Virus record (IMG/VR): IMGVR_UViG_3300048854_000099
Location: 1 to 46,278 of that record
Reading direction: 5' to 3' (one strand)
Length of the DNA stretch: 46,278 nucleotides
From: a virus
Lineage: Duplodnaviria; Caudoviricetes
How positions within the stretch are numbered: position 1 is the stretch's first letter; each line of letters starts with the position of its first letter. Positions 6,947 to 16,472 of the stretch are shown piece by piece. The position numbers and the translations under genes are program-made. The notes under the pieces were generated by a model. It was not told where the DNA came from, ran no database searches, and was given only the letters and a program-made list of their open reading frames with translations.

Positions 6947-7218
6947 TGGACTGGAATTATCGCATGGCCGACGCCCCGCGCGGCACCGTAGTCGAAGGCG
7001 ACCGGGTGCAGATTGGCGATACGAGCCGATCGAACCGAAAGTTCGTCCCGACGCGCATCCTTATTTCCTTCCTCGACAATGGTGTCAGTAAGGTTTCGCA
7101 GACCTATCGGACCGAGCCGTCGATCGAGCATCCGACGGGATATTGGGCCGGTCTTCATCCGAAGAACCAAGGCTATGCCTGGATGCCGTATCCGGAGCCG
7201 GCGGAGCCGCCGAGATGA
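6946..7218 (+). CDS. Hypothetical phage protein (DUF551-like W...AP.....AWMP.P.P pattern)
   Basis: Start MDWNYRMADAPRG by TGATG overlap; ends YAWMPYPEPAEPPR. Confidence 0.65.
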   Translation: MDWNYRMADAPRGTVVEGDRVQIGDTSRSNRKFVPTRILISFLDNGVSKVSQTYRTEPSIEHPTGYWAGLHPKNQGYAWMPYPEPAEPPR

Positions 7219-7409
7219 GGCGCAACTCGCATCTCACCATAGCCCAGCAAATTCAGGAACTTGAGTGGCTCATCGCCAATGATCCGAACAAGGCCCTTCG
7301 CGACCAATACCGCGCCGAGCACGCCGACCTGACCGGAGAACCCCATGGACGAAGAAGCCTTGATGGCAGCGGCGAGGGCGATGTGGGCCGCCTGGGCTCG
7401 CATAGCTGA
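7215..7409 (+). CDS. Hypothetical protein
   Basis: ATGA-coupled start MRRNSHLTIAQQIQELE with GGAG RBS. Confidence 0.5.
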   Translation: MRRNSHLTIAQQIQELEWLIANDPNKALRDQYRAEHADLTGEPHGRRSLDGSGEGDVGRLGSHS

Positions 7410-7527
7410 TCCGAAGTGGGAGGAGACCCGGTGGAAGCGCCTTCCGCCGGCAGTCAAGGCGCAATTCGTCCTCGAGGCCGGCGCGGCAATCCAGACCTAC
7501 CAGTCTTTAACGCAGCGAAAACGATAG
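7345..7527 (+). CDS. Hypothetical protein
   Basis: GGAG RBS; MDEEALMAAARAMW...W..LPP..K..F...A.AAI small phage protein pattern. Confidence 0.6.
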   Translation: MDEEALMAAARAMWAAWARIADPKWEETRWKRLPPAVKAQFVLEAGAAIQTYQSLTQRKR

Positions 7528-7538
7528 GGAGCCAGACG

Positions 7539-8852
7539 TTGGCCGCAAAAGAAATTATCACCCTGGATAAGCCGACGACAGCGAAGCTTTTCCACAAAGA
7601 TCTCGGTCCTGATGCCAGAGCCGCCTTCCTGAAGCAGCTCGACGACAAGATCGCTGAGATGCCGGTCGCAGTCGAAAGCAAAAAGGACCGTGATCTCATC
7701 AAGTCGACAGCGTCGTCGATCGCCTCGCTGAAGAACCGCATCGACGAAGTCGGCGCCGCTGAAAAGGAAGAGGCAGTTGCGCTGGTCAAGCGCGTCGATG
7801 CCGATCGCACCGCGATCTGGGATGAGCTGCAGAAGCGCCAGGATGACGTCCGGCAACCGCTCACGGATTGGGAAAACGCCGAAAAGGCCCGCAAGGAAAA
7901 TATCCAGAAGAAGATCGAAGATGCGCGCAAGGCCGGCCAAGTCGGGTTCGGCGAGACCTCCGCTCAGATCCAGGATCGCATCGACCAGCTTCCGACCGAC
8001 CCGCTGTCGACCTATGGCGAGTTCGAGGATGAGGCGAAGTTGGTAATTGAGGCCGCCTACACCAACCTGGTCGCCGCTAAGACGATCGCGGTCAACGCGG
8101 AGGCCGAGAAAGAACGCGTCCGTCTCCAGGAAATTGAATTTCAGCGCCTCCGCGACGAACAGGCGAAGCGCGATGCCGAGCAACTGGCAAAGGACAATCT
8201 CCGCCGGCTGATCGACATCGGTAACGGCTTCATCGACGGCGAGGAACAGCCGCTGGCAGTTCTCTTCACCGCCCTCGAAAATATGCACGTCGATGAGACC
8301 TACGGCGATCTCCGGGAGCAGGCGAAGCAGGCCCACACCACGACGCTGCGCAAACTCAACGATCGGCGCGACAAGGCCATCGCCGACCAGAAGGAAGCCG
8401 AAGACGCCCAGGCTGCGATTGATGCCGCCAATAAGCGCGCCGCTGATGCAGCCGAGGAGACTCGCCTTGCCAATGAGCGAATCGCCAAACTCGAGCAGGA
8501 CAAGCGCGACGAAGAGGAAGATCGCGCCCGCCGCGCCGCTCAGAAGGTCATCGACGATCGCATCGCGGCCGAGGCTGAAGCCAAGCGCGTCGAGGATGAG
8601 CGCATCGCGGCCGAGGAGGCCGAGCTCGCCCGCATCGCTGAAGAAGAGCGCTTGGCCGAGCAGGCCCGCATCGATGAGGAAGAGCGCATCGAGCGCGACC
8701 GCGTCCTGAAGATCGAGGCCGAGCGGATCTTCAATGAGATCTCGGATGACGTCTTGGCCGTTCTCGCTGACGTCAAGGGCAAAGCCAGTGCCGGCCCCGC
8801 CGTAGCCGCTGCGATTGCCGCCGGAAAGATCCGGAACGTGGTGATCGCATGA
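7539..8852 (+). CDS. Long coiled-coil phage protein (often mis-annotated as TolA-like)
   Basis: TTG start after AGGGAG; E/A/R/K-rich heptads; ends AIAAGKIRNVVIA; commonly sits upstream of phage recombination genes. Confidence 0.8.
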   Translation: MAAKEIITLDKPTTAKLFHKDLGPDARAAFLKQLDDKIAEMPVAVESKKDRDLIKSTASSIASLKNRIDEVGAAEKEEAVALVKRVDADRTAIWDELQKRQDDVRQPLTDWENAEKARKENIQKKIEDARKAGQVGFGETSAQIQDRIDQLPTDPLSTYGEFEDEAKLVIEAAYTNLVAAKTIAVNAEAEKERVRLQEIEFQRLRDEQAKRDAEQLAKDNLRRLIDIGNGFIDGEEQPLAVLFTALENMHVDETYGDLREQAKQAHTTTLRKLNDRRDKAIADQKEAEDAQAAIDAANKRAADAAEETRLANERIAKLEQDKRDEEEDRARRAAQKVIDDRIAAEAEAKRVEDERIAAEEAELARIAEEERLAEQARIDEEERIERDRVLKIEAERIFNEISDDVLAVLADVKGKASAGPAVAAAIAAGKIRNVVIA

Positions 8853-8962
8853 CAGCGGCCCTCATCTCCATCGCCGTCTTTTTCATAGTCGCCTGCGTCG
8901 TCTGGACGGAGACCTTCGTCCGGCGCGCGCAGCATAGGAAGGGCATCACATGGGCAGACTGA
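8849..8962 (+). CDS. 37-aa single-TM peptide (not in the ORF track)
   Basis: MTAALISIAVFFIVACVVWTETFVRRAQHRKGITWAD; ATGA and TGATG coupling on both sides. Confidence 0.55.
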   Translation: MTAALISIAVFFIVACVVWTETFVRRAQHRKGITWAD

Positions 8963-9186
8963 TGACGGAAGACCTCTTGATGCTCACTGGTGCGTGGTTG
9001 ATCGCCGTCGGGTTCGTCTTGCTAATCTGGGCCTACACCACTTTCACGCAAAACAAGAATTACGCGATCAGCTTCATCGTCGCCGGAATCGTGACCTTCG
9101 TCTGGGGAGGCGCGCTGCTTTGCCCGCCGGACCCCATCCAGTTCGGCGCCGGCATCAGCATCAGGATCACATCCAATGACCGTTGA
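8962..9186 (+). CDS. Small two-TM membrane protein
   Basis: Two hydrophobic segments; coupled start (alternative ATG at 8950). Confidence 0.65.
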   Translation: MTEDLLMLTGAWLIAVGFVLLIWAYTTFTQNKNYAISFIVAGIVTFVWGGALLCPPDPIQFGAGISIRITSNDR

Positions 9187-10117
9187 AATTCTAGATTGGG
9201 AGGAGGGCGAGACCATCACTCGCCCCGGCCTCTACAAAAACATCCCTTTGGACCGATACCACAACGACACCACGCTGCTATCGGGACCGTCGGTATCGAA
9301 GTCCAGTATCAAGCATATCGCACCGCCGAGCGGGAGCCCGAAGAGGTTCTGGCAAAACTACCCGGGCAACCCGAACAGGCTCAAGAAGCCGTCGAGCCGG
9401 GAAATGGATTTCGGCAAGGCCGTCCACGCCATCCTTCTCGGCGATGAGGTCTTTCAGGACCGCTTCGTCGTCATGCCTGAGATCGTTGAGGGCGAGACCT
9501 ACAACAAGAACAAGACGGTCTGGAAAAATTGGTTCAAGCGGATGGAGGCCAACGGCCTCGTCGTCATCAGCCAGGATCAGATCGACCAGATCGCCCTCAT
9601 GGCGGAAGACGCTCGCCAGCATCCGCTTGTGGTCAACGGTGGGCTCAACGGCGACGTCGAAATCTCGATGTTCGCCAAGGATCCGGCGACGGGGATCTGG
9701 CTGAAGTCGCGCCCTGACGTGAGAGCCATTGATGGGGACTTCGTCGATGTGAAGACGGCGAGCTCGCTCGATCCGGACTTCCTGGAGCGCCAGATCGGCG
9801 ACATGGGCTACTACCTGCAGGGCGCGATGACGAAGATCATCTGCGATCTCCTCCGGATCCCGTTCAACAGCTTCACCTTCTTCTACACGCTCTCCAAGGA
9901 GTACGCGGACTCCGATTATCGGGTGCTGAGCGAAGAGGAAATCTTGGTCGGCACCGCGACGATCAACTACGGCCTGAAGCACATCAGGCACGGCCTCGAC
10001 AACGGCCAATGGCCCGGGGTCTCGATCTACGCCCGCGAAAACACCCCGATCCGGATGAACAAATTCGACCGGGAAACCCTCCTCAAAGCAATCGCAATGG
10101 ATGGCTTCAGACCATGA
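9176..10117 (+). CDS. RecE/exonuclease VIII-like PD-(D/E)XK nuclease (DUF3799-like)
   Basis: YH, SKSSIK, FGKAVHAILL, E.SMF..D..TG..LKSRPD, DVKT, YYLQGA; directly upstream of RecT-like gene. Confidence 0.88.
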   Translation: MTVEILDWEEGETITRPGLYKNIPLDRYHNDTTLLSGPSVSKSSIKHIAPPSGSPKRFWQNYPGNPNRLKKPSSREMDFGKAVHAILLGDEVFQDRFVVMPEIVEGETYNKNKTVWKNWFKRMEANGLVVISQDQIDQIALMAEDARQHPLVVNGGLNGDVEISMFAKDPATGIWLKSRPDVRAIDGDFVDVKTASSLDPDFLERQIGDMGYYLQGAMTKIICDLLRIPFNSFTFFYTLSKEYADSDYRVLSEEEILVGTATINYGLKHIRHGLDNGQWPGVSIYARENTPIRMNKFDRETLLKAIAMDGFRP

Positions 10118-11325
10118 ACGATCTCACAACAATTGACGAAGACGATTTCGCAGCGCCGGCCGTGGCCCGCAAGAGCGTCTTCGACACCGAACGTTTCAAG
10201 GAAATCATGGCCGTCGCCGAGGTCATGGCGATGTCCAGCTTGATCCCGGAATCGCTGCGCTTCGATATAGAAGTCGACACCAACGGTGAGCCGATAAGCA
10301 ACAAGAAGCGCGAGCTGCCCTATGAGCAGATCCGCGCCAACTGCTTCCTCATCTGCAACTGGTCGGCAGGCGTCGGCATGGACCCATTTGCGGTCGCCCA
10401 GGGGACGTCGATCGTACGTGGTCGACTCATGTTTGAGGGCAAGATCGTCCATGCCGCCCTGACTTCGACGCTGGGCGTCAAACTGAAGGCGCTGTATGGC
10501 GTCTGGGATCCGGCGAAAGCTCAGACGATTGTCGGTGGCGAGGCCAACGGCAAAGATCTTGCCGTCCGGATCTACGAAGAATCGCCCGACGGCTCGATCG
10601 GTCGGCACGTCGACGGCTATGTCGGCGGCTGGGAGACCACGGGCAAGAACTCCCCTTGGGCTTTGAATAAGGACTGGCGCAAGCAACTCGTTTACCGCGG
10701 CTCCCGTGAGTGGGCTCGGGTCTACGAGCCAGGCGTCATGCTCGGCGTCATCACCCCAGACGAATACGAGCCGGCCTGGGACAGAATGCGGGACGTCACC
10801 CCGACGCGGCAGCAGTCGACAGGAACCGACGTCATCGATCGCCTGAAGGCTGCGAAGTCCGGGGCGACCGACAAGCCGGCGGCTGGCTTCGACCAGGCCC
10901 GAATCAACGAAATCGCCAAAGCCCCTGAGGCCCCTGAAGAGGGCACGACCGCGTCCGGCGACGGGGAAGCTCAATCGACCATAAACCCCGCAACCGTGGG
11001 CAAAGACCCCGCGAAATCGGATTCTTTTGAGGGCGAAAATCCCCGTCCGACAGCGCCGGATTACGATTGGCTTCGTGCAATCGCGAAGGGCCTCTGGGCC
11101 GCCACGAACTTCAAGGGGGACATATCCGTGCTGAAAAATAAGCGCATCGGGCTTGGCGGCACTTATCCGTCCAAGGGGAAGCCGCAGGCCATCGTCGACA
11201 AGGCGAAGGCAATCATGGGGACGTGCACCGACGTCTGCGAAGGGAGAACGAACCCTGCGGACGCCCGCAAGCTCATCGCCGGCATTGCCGGCATGGAAGT
11301 CCGTGAGCTGGCGGAAAAAGCATGA
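10114..11325 (+). CDS. recT: RecT-family single-strand annealing protein with long C-terminal tail
   Basis: MDPFAVAQ.T.IV.GRL..EGK...AAL, KQL.YR..REWAR.Y.PGVMLGV.TPDE motifs. Confidence 0.8.
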   Translation: MNDLTTIDEDDFAAPAVARKSVFDTERFKEIMAVAEVMAMSSLIPESLRFDIEVDTNGEPISNKKRELPYEQIRANCFLICNWSAGVGMDPFAVAQGTSIVRGRLMFEGKIVHAALTSTLGVKLKALYGVWDPAKAQTIVGGEANGKDLAVRIYEESPDGSIGRHVDGYVGGWETTGKNSPWALNKDWRKQLVYRGSREWARVYEPGVMLGVITPDEYEPAWDRMRDVTPTRQQSTGTDVIDRLKAAKSGATDKPAAGFDQARINEIAKAPEAPEEGTTASGDGEAQSTINPATVGKDPAKSDSFEGENPRPTAPDYDWLRAIAKGLWAATNFKGDISVLKNKRIGLGGTYPSKGKPQAIVDKAKAIMGTCTDVCEGRTNPADARKLIAGIAGMEVRELAEKA

Positions 11326-11630
11326 GCAGAAATCCGCACACGAAGCTGGACGGCCAGGTCCGTGAACTCTTCCACGGCGGAAAAACCACCGGGGAAATCG
11401 CCAAGTCCCTCGGCTTGCCGCGCGAAGTCGTCGCCGAATCCCGGGGGAGGATCATGGAAGCCCGGGCCGAGCGCGAGCGACGCATGGACAAGGTTCGGCC
11501 TCGACCTGTCGACGACGAGTCGAAGGTTGTCCTCCGCCGACAGGGCTTTTTCGGTGACGTCGAAATCATCGTTTCCGTCCCGCGCATCATCACAATCCAT
11601 GGAAAATATAGGGGAGAGCAGCATGGCTAA
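11322..11630 (+). CDS. HTH-containing hypothetical protein
   Basis: VRELFHGGKTTGEIAKSLGLPREVV. Confidence 0.65.
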   Translation: MSRNPHTKLDGQVRELFHGGKTTGEIAKSLGLPREVVAESRGRIMEARAERERRMDKVRPRPVDDESKVVLRRQGFFGDVEIIVSVPRIITIHGKYRGEQHG

Positions 11631-11994
11631 GCAGGCATTCAAGAAGGGCGACATCGTCTCCCTCAAAGGTTCCGTCGAATACGAACACGGCGGGACGCTA
11701 AAGATCGTGCTGGTCGATCACCAGCCCGCATATGCCAATGTCGGTGATGTGACCATGGTCGCACCCAATTTCGATATCGGCGATGACGTAATCACCGACA
11801 CCGGCGAGCCATACACCGTAGCTGCTATCTATCGCGACTTCGCGTGGGTGTATTCCGACAAGGAAGGTTTCGACACCGTCGAACTAGCGACGTTGAAGCG
11901 GCCTGAGCCAGCTGACGAGGCGGACGAACCTGCCGGCGACACCGATGATTACAGTCAGACCGGCATCGCTGCAGACGCCAAGGGGAGCGAATAA
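11623..11994 (+). CDS. Hypothetical protein (tandem SH3/KOW-like repeats)
   Basis: Start MAKQAFKKGDIVSL after GGAG; second unit FDIGDDVIT. Confidence 0.65.
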   Translation: MAKQAFKKGDIVSLKGSVEYEHGGTLKIVLVDHQPAYANVGDVTMVAPNFDIGDDVITDTGEPYTVAAIYRDFAWVYSDKEGFDTVELATLKRPEPADEADEPAGDTDDYSQTGIAADAKGSE

Positions 11995-12296
11995 TGGTCG
12001 ATGTCGACGACGTGCCCCCACAATCACGGTCACCGGACGCCGAGCTCGATCGGCAGACCATGCTTTTCATCGCCGGGTTCTCGGCGGTGACCGCAGAACT
12101 CAGGCGGCAATTCGAGGCCGAAGGCGCTCAGTTCGACGTCCGCGCTGCTGCCAGCGCCATCGTCCGCATACAGGCGATGATCCTCGGATCGATCGACCAT
12201 CCGCTTTATCGCAAAGACATCCGGAAGGCGATGGAGCGCCGGCTGCCGATCGAGCTTGCCATGTTCAATTCCCAGAAGCCGGGGGCGAAGCGATGA
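11994..12296 (+). CDS. Hypothetical protein
   Basis: TAATG coupling; GC-rich codon usage. Confidence 0.65.
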   Translation: MVDVDDVPPQSRSPDAELDRQTMLFIAGFSAVTAELRRQFEAEGAQFDVRAAASAIVRIQAMILGSIDHPLYRKDIRKAMERRLPIELAMFNSQKPGAKR

Positions 12297-12517
12297 ATGG
12301 ATTCATGACTACGATCGGTCTTTTCGTCATCGCACTATCCCTGCTCTTGGGAGGTGTCTGGCTATCGATTTCGCTCGCGGCGTGGGCGATGGACAACTCC
12401 GGATACCTGTCATTGGCATCCGTCGTCACAATCTGCCTAGGCGCAATTGCCCTCTTTTACGTCTTCATCGTCGTTGGCGCGACGATCGCAGGCGTTGCCT
12501 TTAAGAGGGTGAAATGA
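12293..12517 (+). CDS. Small two-TM membrane protein
   Basis: MNGFMTTIGLFVIALSLLLGG...; ATGA coupling. Confidence 0.65.
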   Translation: MNGFMTTIGLFVIALSLLLGGVWLSISLAAWAMDNSGYLSLASVVTICLGAIALFYVFIVVGATIAGVAFKRVK

Positions 12518-13290
12518 CCGACCGCCCCATGCTGTTTTCTGGCGCGATGATCCGCGCCATCATCGCCGGCCGGAAATCTCAGACCCGGCGTGCCATAAGC
12601 TTCCCTGGATCTGAAAAGGTCATCGACTTCGTCAAGGTCGCCACCGACAAAGCAGGCCGGGGCGTCTACGAGATGAAGGACAAATACGGCACCGCTGTCT
12701 CGCGCCCCGCCGGAAAGGGGATAGTCGATTACCACTTCACGGCGCCTATTGCCGTCGGAGATCGTCTGTGGGCCCGCGAGGAATTCAGTGGCCCGCATAG
12801 GTTCAAGCCGAAGGTCAATCCTCCGGCAACGTGGCCGGTCGGAACCGACGTCTGGTATTGGGCCGATGGGAACCCTGATTTCGGCGACTGGACCAGGCCG
12901 AAGCCTGCGATGCATATGCCGCGTTGGATGTCCCGCATCACGCTTTTCGTTACCGACGTGCGTATACAGCGCCTGAGGTCGATCAGCGAAATCGACGCTA
13001 TAGCCGAAGGGGCTGAATTAGATCCGATTTCCTCTTCAATGGTCACCGGCGGACCGATGATAAGGGTTGGTCCTGGGGTCTATCTGTCTCCAGTCGCCTG
13101 GTATCACCGCCTTTGGGACGAAATCAACGGTAAAGGCGCGTGGGAGAAAAACCCATGGGTGATCGCATATACGTTTGCCTGGGATGTCCGCAACATCGAT
13201 GACGATCAATCGGCTAACGGCTTCTACGGGTCTTTGGACGACGGCGTCCCCAATCATTTCGACCATAGCAAACGCGGGTTTCAGCCATGA
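12514..13290 (+). CDS. Conserved phage protein, ASCH/PUA-like
   Basis: PMLFSGAMIRAIIAGRKSQTRR, GDRLWARE, HMPRWMSRITL, W..NPWV. Confidence 0.8.
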   Translation: MTDRPMLFSGAMIRAIIAGRKSQTRRAISFPGSEKVIDFVKVATDKAGRGVYEMKDKYGTAVSRPAGKGIVDYHFTAPIAVGDRLWAREEFSGPHRFKPKVNPPATWPVGTDVWYWADGNPDFGDWTRPKPAMHMPRWMSRITLFVTDVRIQRLRSISEIDAIAEGAELDPISSSMVTGGPMIRVGPGVYLSPVAWYHRLWDEINGKGAWEKNPWVIAYTFAWDVRNIDDDQSANGFYGSLDDGVPNHFDHSKRGFQP

Positions 13291-13565
13291 GCCGGAAGCG
13301 GATCTGTTGCTGTGTCCCGGGCTGCAAACGTTCCACCGCGCGTTTCGAATCCGGCGAGATCATCTGCGCCAAGCATTACCGGCTGGTCGACAAGAAGCTG
13401 AAGAAGCTCCGCGCCAGGATCAGGGCGCGGGACCGGCGCAATCATCAACCAGGCCGCATCATCACCGCCCTTATCGCACTCCGGATCCTGCGCGCCGAGC
13501 AGACCGACGCGATGATCTGGGAGCGGATCAAGAAGCAGGCCATCGAAAGGGCCATGGGCATTTAA
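13287..13565 (+). CDS. Putative Zn-binding hypothetical protein
   Basis: CCVPGC...IC.KHY. Confidence 0.65.
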   Translation: MSRKRICCCVPGCKRSTARFESGEIICAKHYRLVDKKLKKLRARIRARDRRNHQPGRIITALIALRILRAEQTDAMIWERIKKQAIERAMGI

Positions 13566-14543
13566 ATGGGCGAAGTCACAAACATTTCCTGGTGCGACCA
13601 CACGATCAACTGGTGGATCGGCTGCACCAAAGTCTCTCCGGCCTGCGACGGCTGCTATGCCGAATTCATGATGGATACCCGCTATCACCGTGTCGTCTGG
13701 GGTCAGCCCGGTAGCGGGCAGGGCACGCGATCGCGGACATCGAAATCTACATGGGATGCCCCGTTGAAGTGGGAGCGCAAGGCCGCGGCCGAGGGCAAGC
13801 GCCCATTCGTCTTCAGCTCATCGCTGTCCGACATCTTCGACAACCATGTCCCGGTGCAATGGCGATACGATGCCTTCGAAGTTATGCGGAAGACGCCGAA
13901 CCTGGTCTACCTGCTGCTGACCAAGCGGCCGCAGAATATCATTAAGATGTGCGAGGACGCCGGCGGCCTGCCCAAGAACTGCGCGATCGGAGCTTCCACC
14001 GAAGATCAGAAGCGGTTCGATCTCAACACGATGCATCTTTCCAGGGCCAAGCACGCCGTCGATCCTCTCTTCACCTTTATCTCGATCGAGCCGCAGCTCG
14101 GGATGATCGACCCGGAATGGCCGGCTACGATCTATCCAGATGGACCACCGATGTGCTGCAGCGGCTGGGAATGCGGGTGTCACGGCATGCCGACCGACCC
14201 TCCGCTCATCCACGATATCGATTGGGTGATCACCGGCGGCGAGACCGATCAGGGCAGCCACATGGCGCGCGTGCACCATCCTGTCTGGACGCGCCGGATC
14301 CGCGATGCATGCGTTCGCTGGGGAAAATCCTACCACCACAAGCAAAACGGAATGTTCGTGCAGGTAGATCCGCTCGATGCAGGGCCCGACGACATTATGA
14401 TCTGGCCGGACGGCACGATTGGGCCCGGTAGCGCTTCGCTTAATGGCGGACCGGCGGCATGGATGCGGAAGGTCGGGAAGAAAGAATCGGGCCGCCTTCT
14501 CGACGGCGTCACCCACGACGCCTTTCCGGAGCCGCGCCGATGA
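13566..14543 (+). CDS. DUF5131 (phage Gp37/Gp68) radical-SAM-like protein
   Basis: ISWCDHT.N.WIGCTKVSPACDGCYAE, SLSDIF, LLTKRP, SIEPQLG, DWVITGGET, HKQ.G, GRLLDG. Confidence 0.9.
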   Translation: MGEVTNISWCDHTINWWIGCTKVSPACDGCYAEFMMDTRYHRVVWGQPGSGQGTRSRTSKSTWDAPLKWERKAAAEGKRPFVFSSSLSDIFDNHVPVQWRYDAFEVMRKTPNLVYLLLTKRPQNIIKMCEDAGGLPKNCAIGASTEDQKRFDLNTMHLSRAKHAVDPLFTFISIEPQLGMIDPEWPATIYPDGPPMCCSGWECGCHGMPTDPPLIHDIDWVITGGETDQGSHMARVHHPVWTRRIRDACVRWGKSYHHKQNGMFVQVDPLDAGPDDIMIWPDGTIGPGSASLNGGPAAWMRKVGKKESGRLLDGVTHDAFPEPRR

Positions 14544-14941
14544 TGATTCGCCATTCCGGACGAACTACGAAGCAACTCGCCGACGTCCTTGAGATGTCGG
14601 AAGGCCCGCAGATGATCGTCTACGTCTGGCCGGTGACCAGGACACTGAGGTATCCGATGGAGATCTTCATCGACTCCTTGGTGGCTAGATACGGAAGAGA
14701 TCCATATCGCTTCGCTGTCCACACCGAAAAGCACATCGTCTTGCGCGAGGATACTTCGGCTGTCGTGAAGTTCACGTCGCTAATGTCGGATCCGCAGCGG
14801 TACATCCCGATCCCCAGGTTCGGCTCCATCGTCTTGGACCACGCATGCGAAACTTTCGATCTGCGCCAGAGCTGCGCATGGTTTGATGTTTGCGAGAGAA
14901 TGGCGTCGATCGCCGAGGAGGCCGGCCGATGGCGTCCATGA
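14540..14941 (+). CDS. Hypothetical protein with degenerate P-loop-like motifs
   Basis: RHSGRTT and IVLDH; coupled start. Confidence 0.55.
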   Translation: MMIRHSGRTTKQLADVLEMSEGPQMIVYVWPVTRTLRYPMEIFIDSLVARYGRDPYRFAVHTEKHIVLREDTSAVVKFTSLMSDPQRYIPIPRFGSIVLDHACETFDLRQSCAWFDVCERMASIAEEAGRWRP

Positions 14942-15318
14942 TCAAGCCCCAGGGCGGCTTCTCCATTCCGAAGCGCAGGGCGGTGAAATCCAAGCCGTAC
15001 CTGGCATGGATCCACGAACTACCATGCCTGATTACCCGGCAGTACGGCGTTCAGGCTGCGCACCTCAGCTTCACGAACCGTGCCTTCGGCCATTACGGGC
15101 GAGGACGGCAGACCAAGGCCGGCGATCGGTGGGTGCTCCCGCTGTCGCCGCGCATGCATGACGAACAGCATAGCGGATCCGAGGAAGCCTTCTGGTCTCG
15201 CTATGGCATCAACCCTCATCTCGCCTGCGTAATCCTCTGGGGCGTCTTTTCCGAGGTCGGAAACGATGGTCTCGAGGAGGCGGTGGCGATCATCAACGCG
15301 GGAGATTTCAGGCTATGA
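14929..15318 (+). CDS. DUF968/Ref-like HNH-fold protein
   Basis: YLAWIHELPC.IT, AAHL, DRWVLPLS...H.EQH...E..FW. Confidence 0.8.
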   Translation: MASMIKPQGGFSIPKRRAVKSKPYLAWIHELPCLITRQYGVQAAHLSFTNRAFGHYGRGRQTKAGDRWVLPLSPRMHDEQHSGSEEAFWSRYGINPHLACVILWGVFSEVGNDGLEEAVAIINAGDFRL

Positions 15319-16472
15319 CCGATAAGAATGCATCTACGCCGACTTCAAAGGCAGCCGGCCTCGATGCGGCGCTCTCTGGAAAGCTGGTCGACCAAAAAAC
15401 ATGGATCCACCTCCGGATGGAGAGGATCATTGAGGTCATTGAAGAAATGCGCGCCGAGGGGTATTGCGCTGATCACTGGCGGCCACTCGAGGACGAATTC
15501 ACGTTCCTGCGGGGGCGCATGTCTATGTTGGAGACCAGCGGACCAGAACAGATCAACGGAGAGATGCTGGCCGCGCTGAAAGCCATGATGCCGACCAAGG
15601 AAGAGTGGGAGAACATGGATGAGACCAGCGTCACCGTACTGAAGATCCCGCAGATCCGCGCCGGACGGCTAGCTATTCAACAAGCCGAAGCGAAGCTCAC
15701 AGCCCTCCAACCCGACCGGGCTGGAAGCGGTGATGCGGACCTTATCGAAGCCGCCGCCAAGATAGCCGAAGAAGATCGGACACCAGGATACGGTCCCCAC
15801 AAGGACGCGATGGAGTGGTTGGCTGAAACGCAGCGTAATAGCATTGCCGAACGCATCCGCGCATTATCATCCCGTTCCGCCCTCCTCGTAGACTCCGACC
15901 GTCCAGATAATGGGAAGGAGGAGAACCGCACGGCCGATTCAAATGTGGGGGCGATCGTCCCGCCGCACTGCACCGGCTACTCCTTTCTCTTTGATCCTGG
16001 CGTGATGCATATCCGGAAGGATGGAAGCGGATACATCGTCGTAGATGAAAACGATTTCGTCTTGGAAGATGATCGTGGCGAAGGACCGGACGGGCCAGAA
16101 GGAAGCGTCCATTGGATCGCCCGCATGGGATCCAGCGAGATCATCGCCTTGCGCAACTTCCTTAATGGCGCCCCTCAAGACCGTGTGAGGGAAGTTCCCG
16201 CAAACGTTATGGCAGCGGCGGCAAAGGCGTGGGCTTCCGTCGATTTGGCCACTGCCAGTCGGGAGGAGCTTATCAACTGCATCGCCAGCGCCATTATGTA
16301 TGATCGAGATCGTAACAGCCTACGTGATGCCGCAATCACCTTCCGCTGCCCAGAAGGCTTTGAGGCTTTGTCTGCTGCGCTGGATATGGCCAGCACCGAT
16401 AATGACCGCGCCCGCCTGGACGATGCGCTCAAATTTATCGCATCGGGATCGGAGGCTGGCAACAATGGCTAA
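15315..16472 (+). CDS. Mosaic hypothetical phage protein
   Basis: 385-aa ORF coupled on both sides; contains short phage modules (EMLAALK, IEAAAKIAE...IAERIRAL). Confidence 0.7.
   Translation: MTDKNASTPTSKAAGLDAALSGKLVDQKTWIHLRMERIIEVIEEMRAEGYCADHWRPLEDEFTFLRGRMSMLETSGPEQINGEMLAALKAMMPTKEEWENMDETSVTVLKIPQIRAGRLAIQQAEAKLTALQPDRAGSGDADLIEAAAKIAEEDRTPGYGPHKDAMEWLAETQRNSIAERIRALSSRSALLVDSDRPDNGKEENRTADSNVGAIVPPHCTGYSFLFDPGVMHIRKDGSGYIVVDENDFVLEDDRGEGPDGPEGSVHWIARMGSSEIIALRNFLNGAPQDRVREVPANVMAAAAKAWASVDLATASREELINCIASAIMYDRDRNSLRDAAITFRCPEGFEALSAALDMASTDNDRARLDDALKFIASGSEAGNNG

Noticed and set aside
8380-8720. Apparent tandem repeats (GAGCGCATCG-like) in the coiled-coil gene
   Set aside because: Explained by E/R/I/A heptad coding, not a DNA-level element
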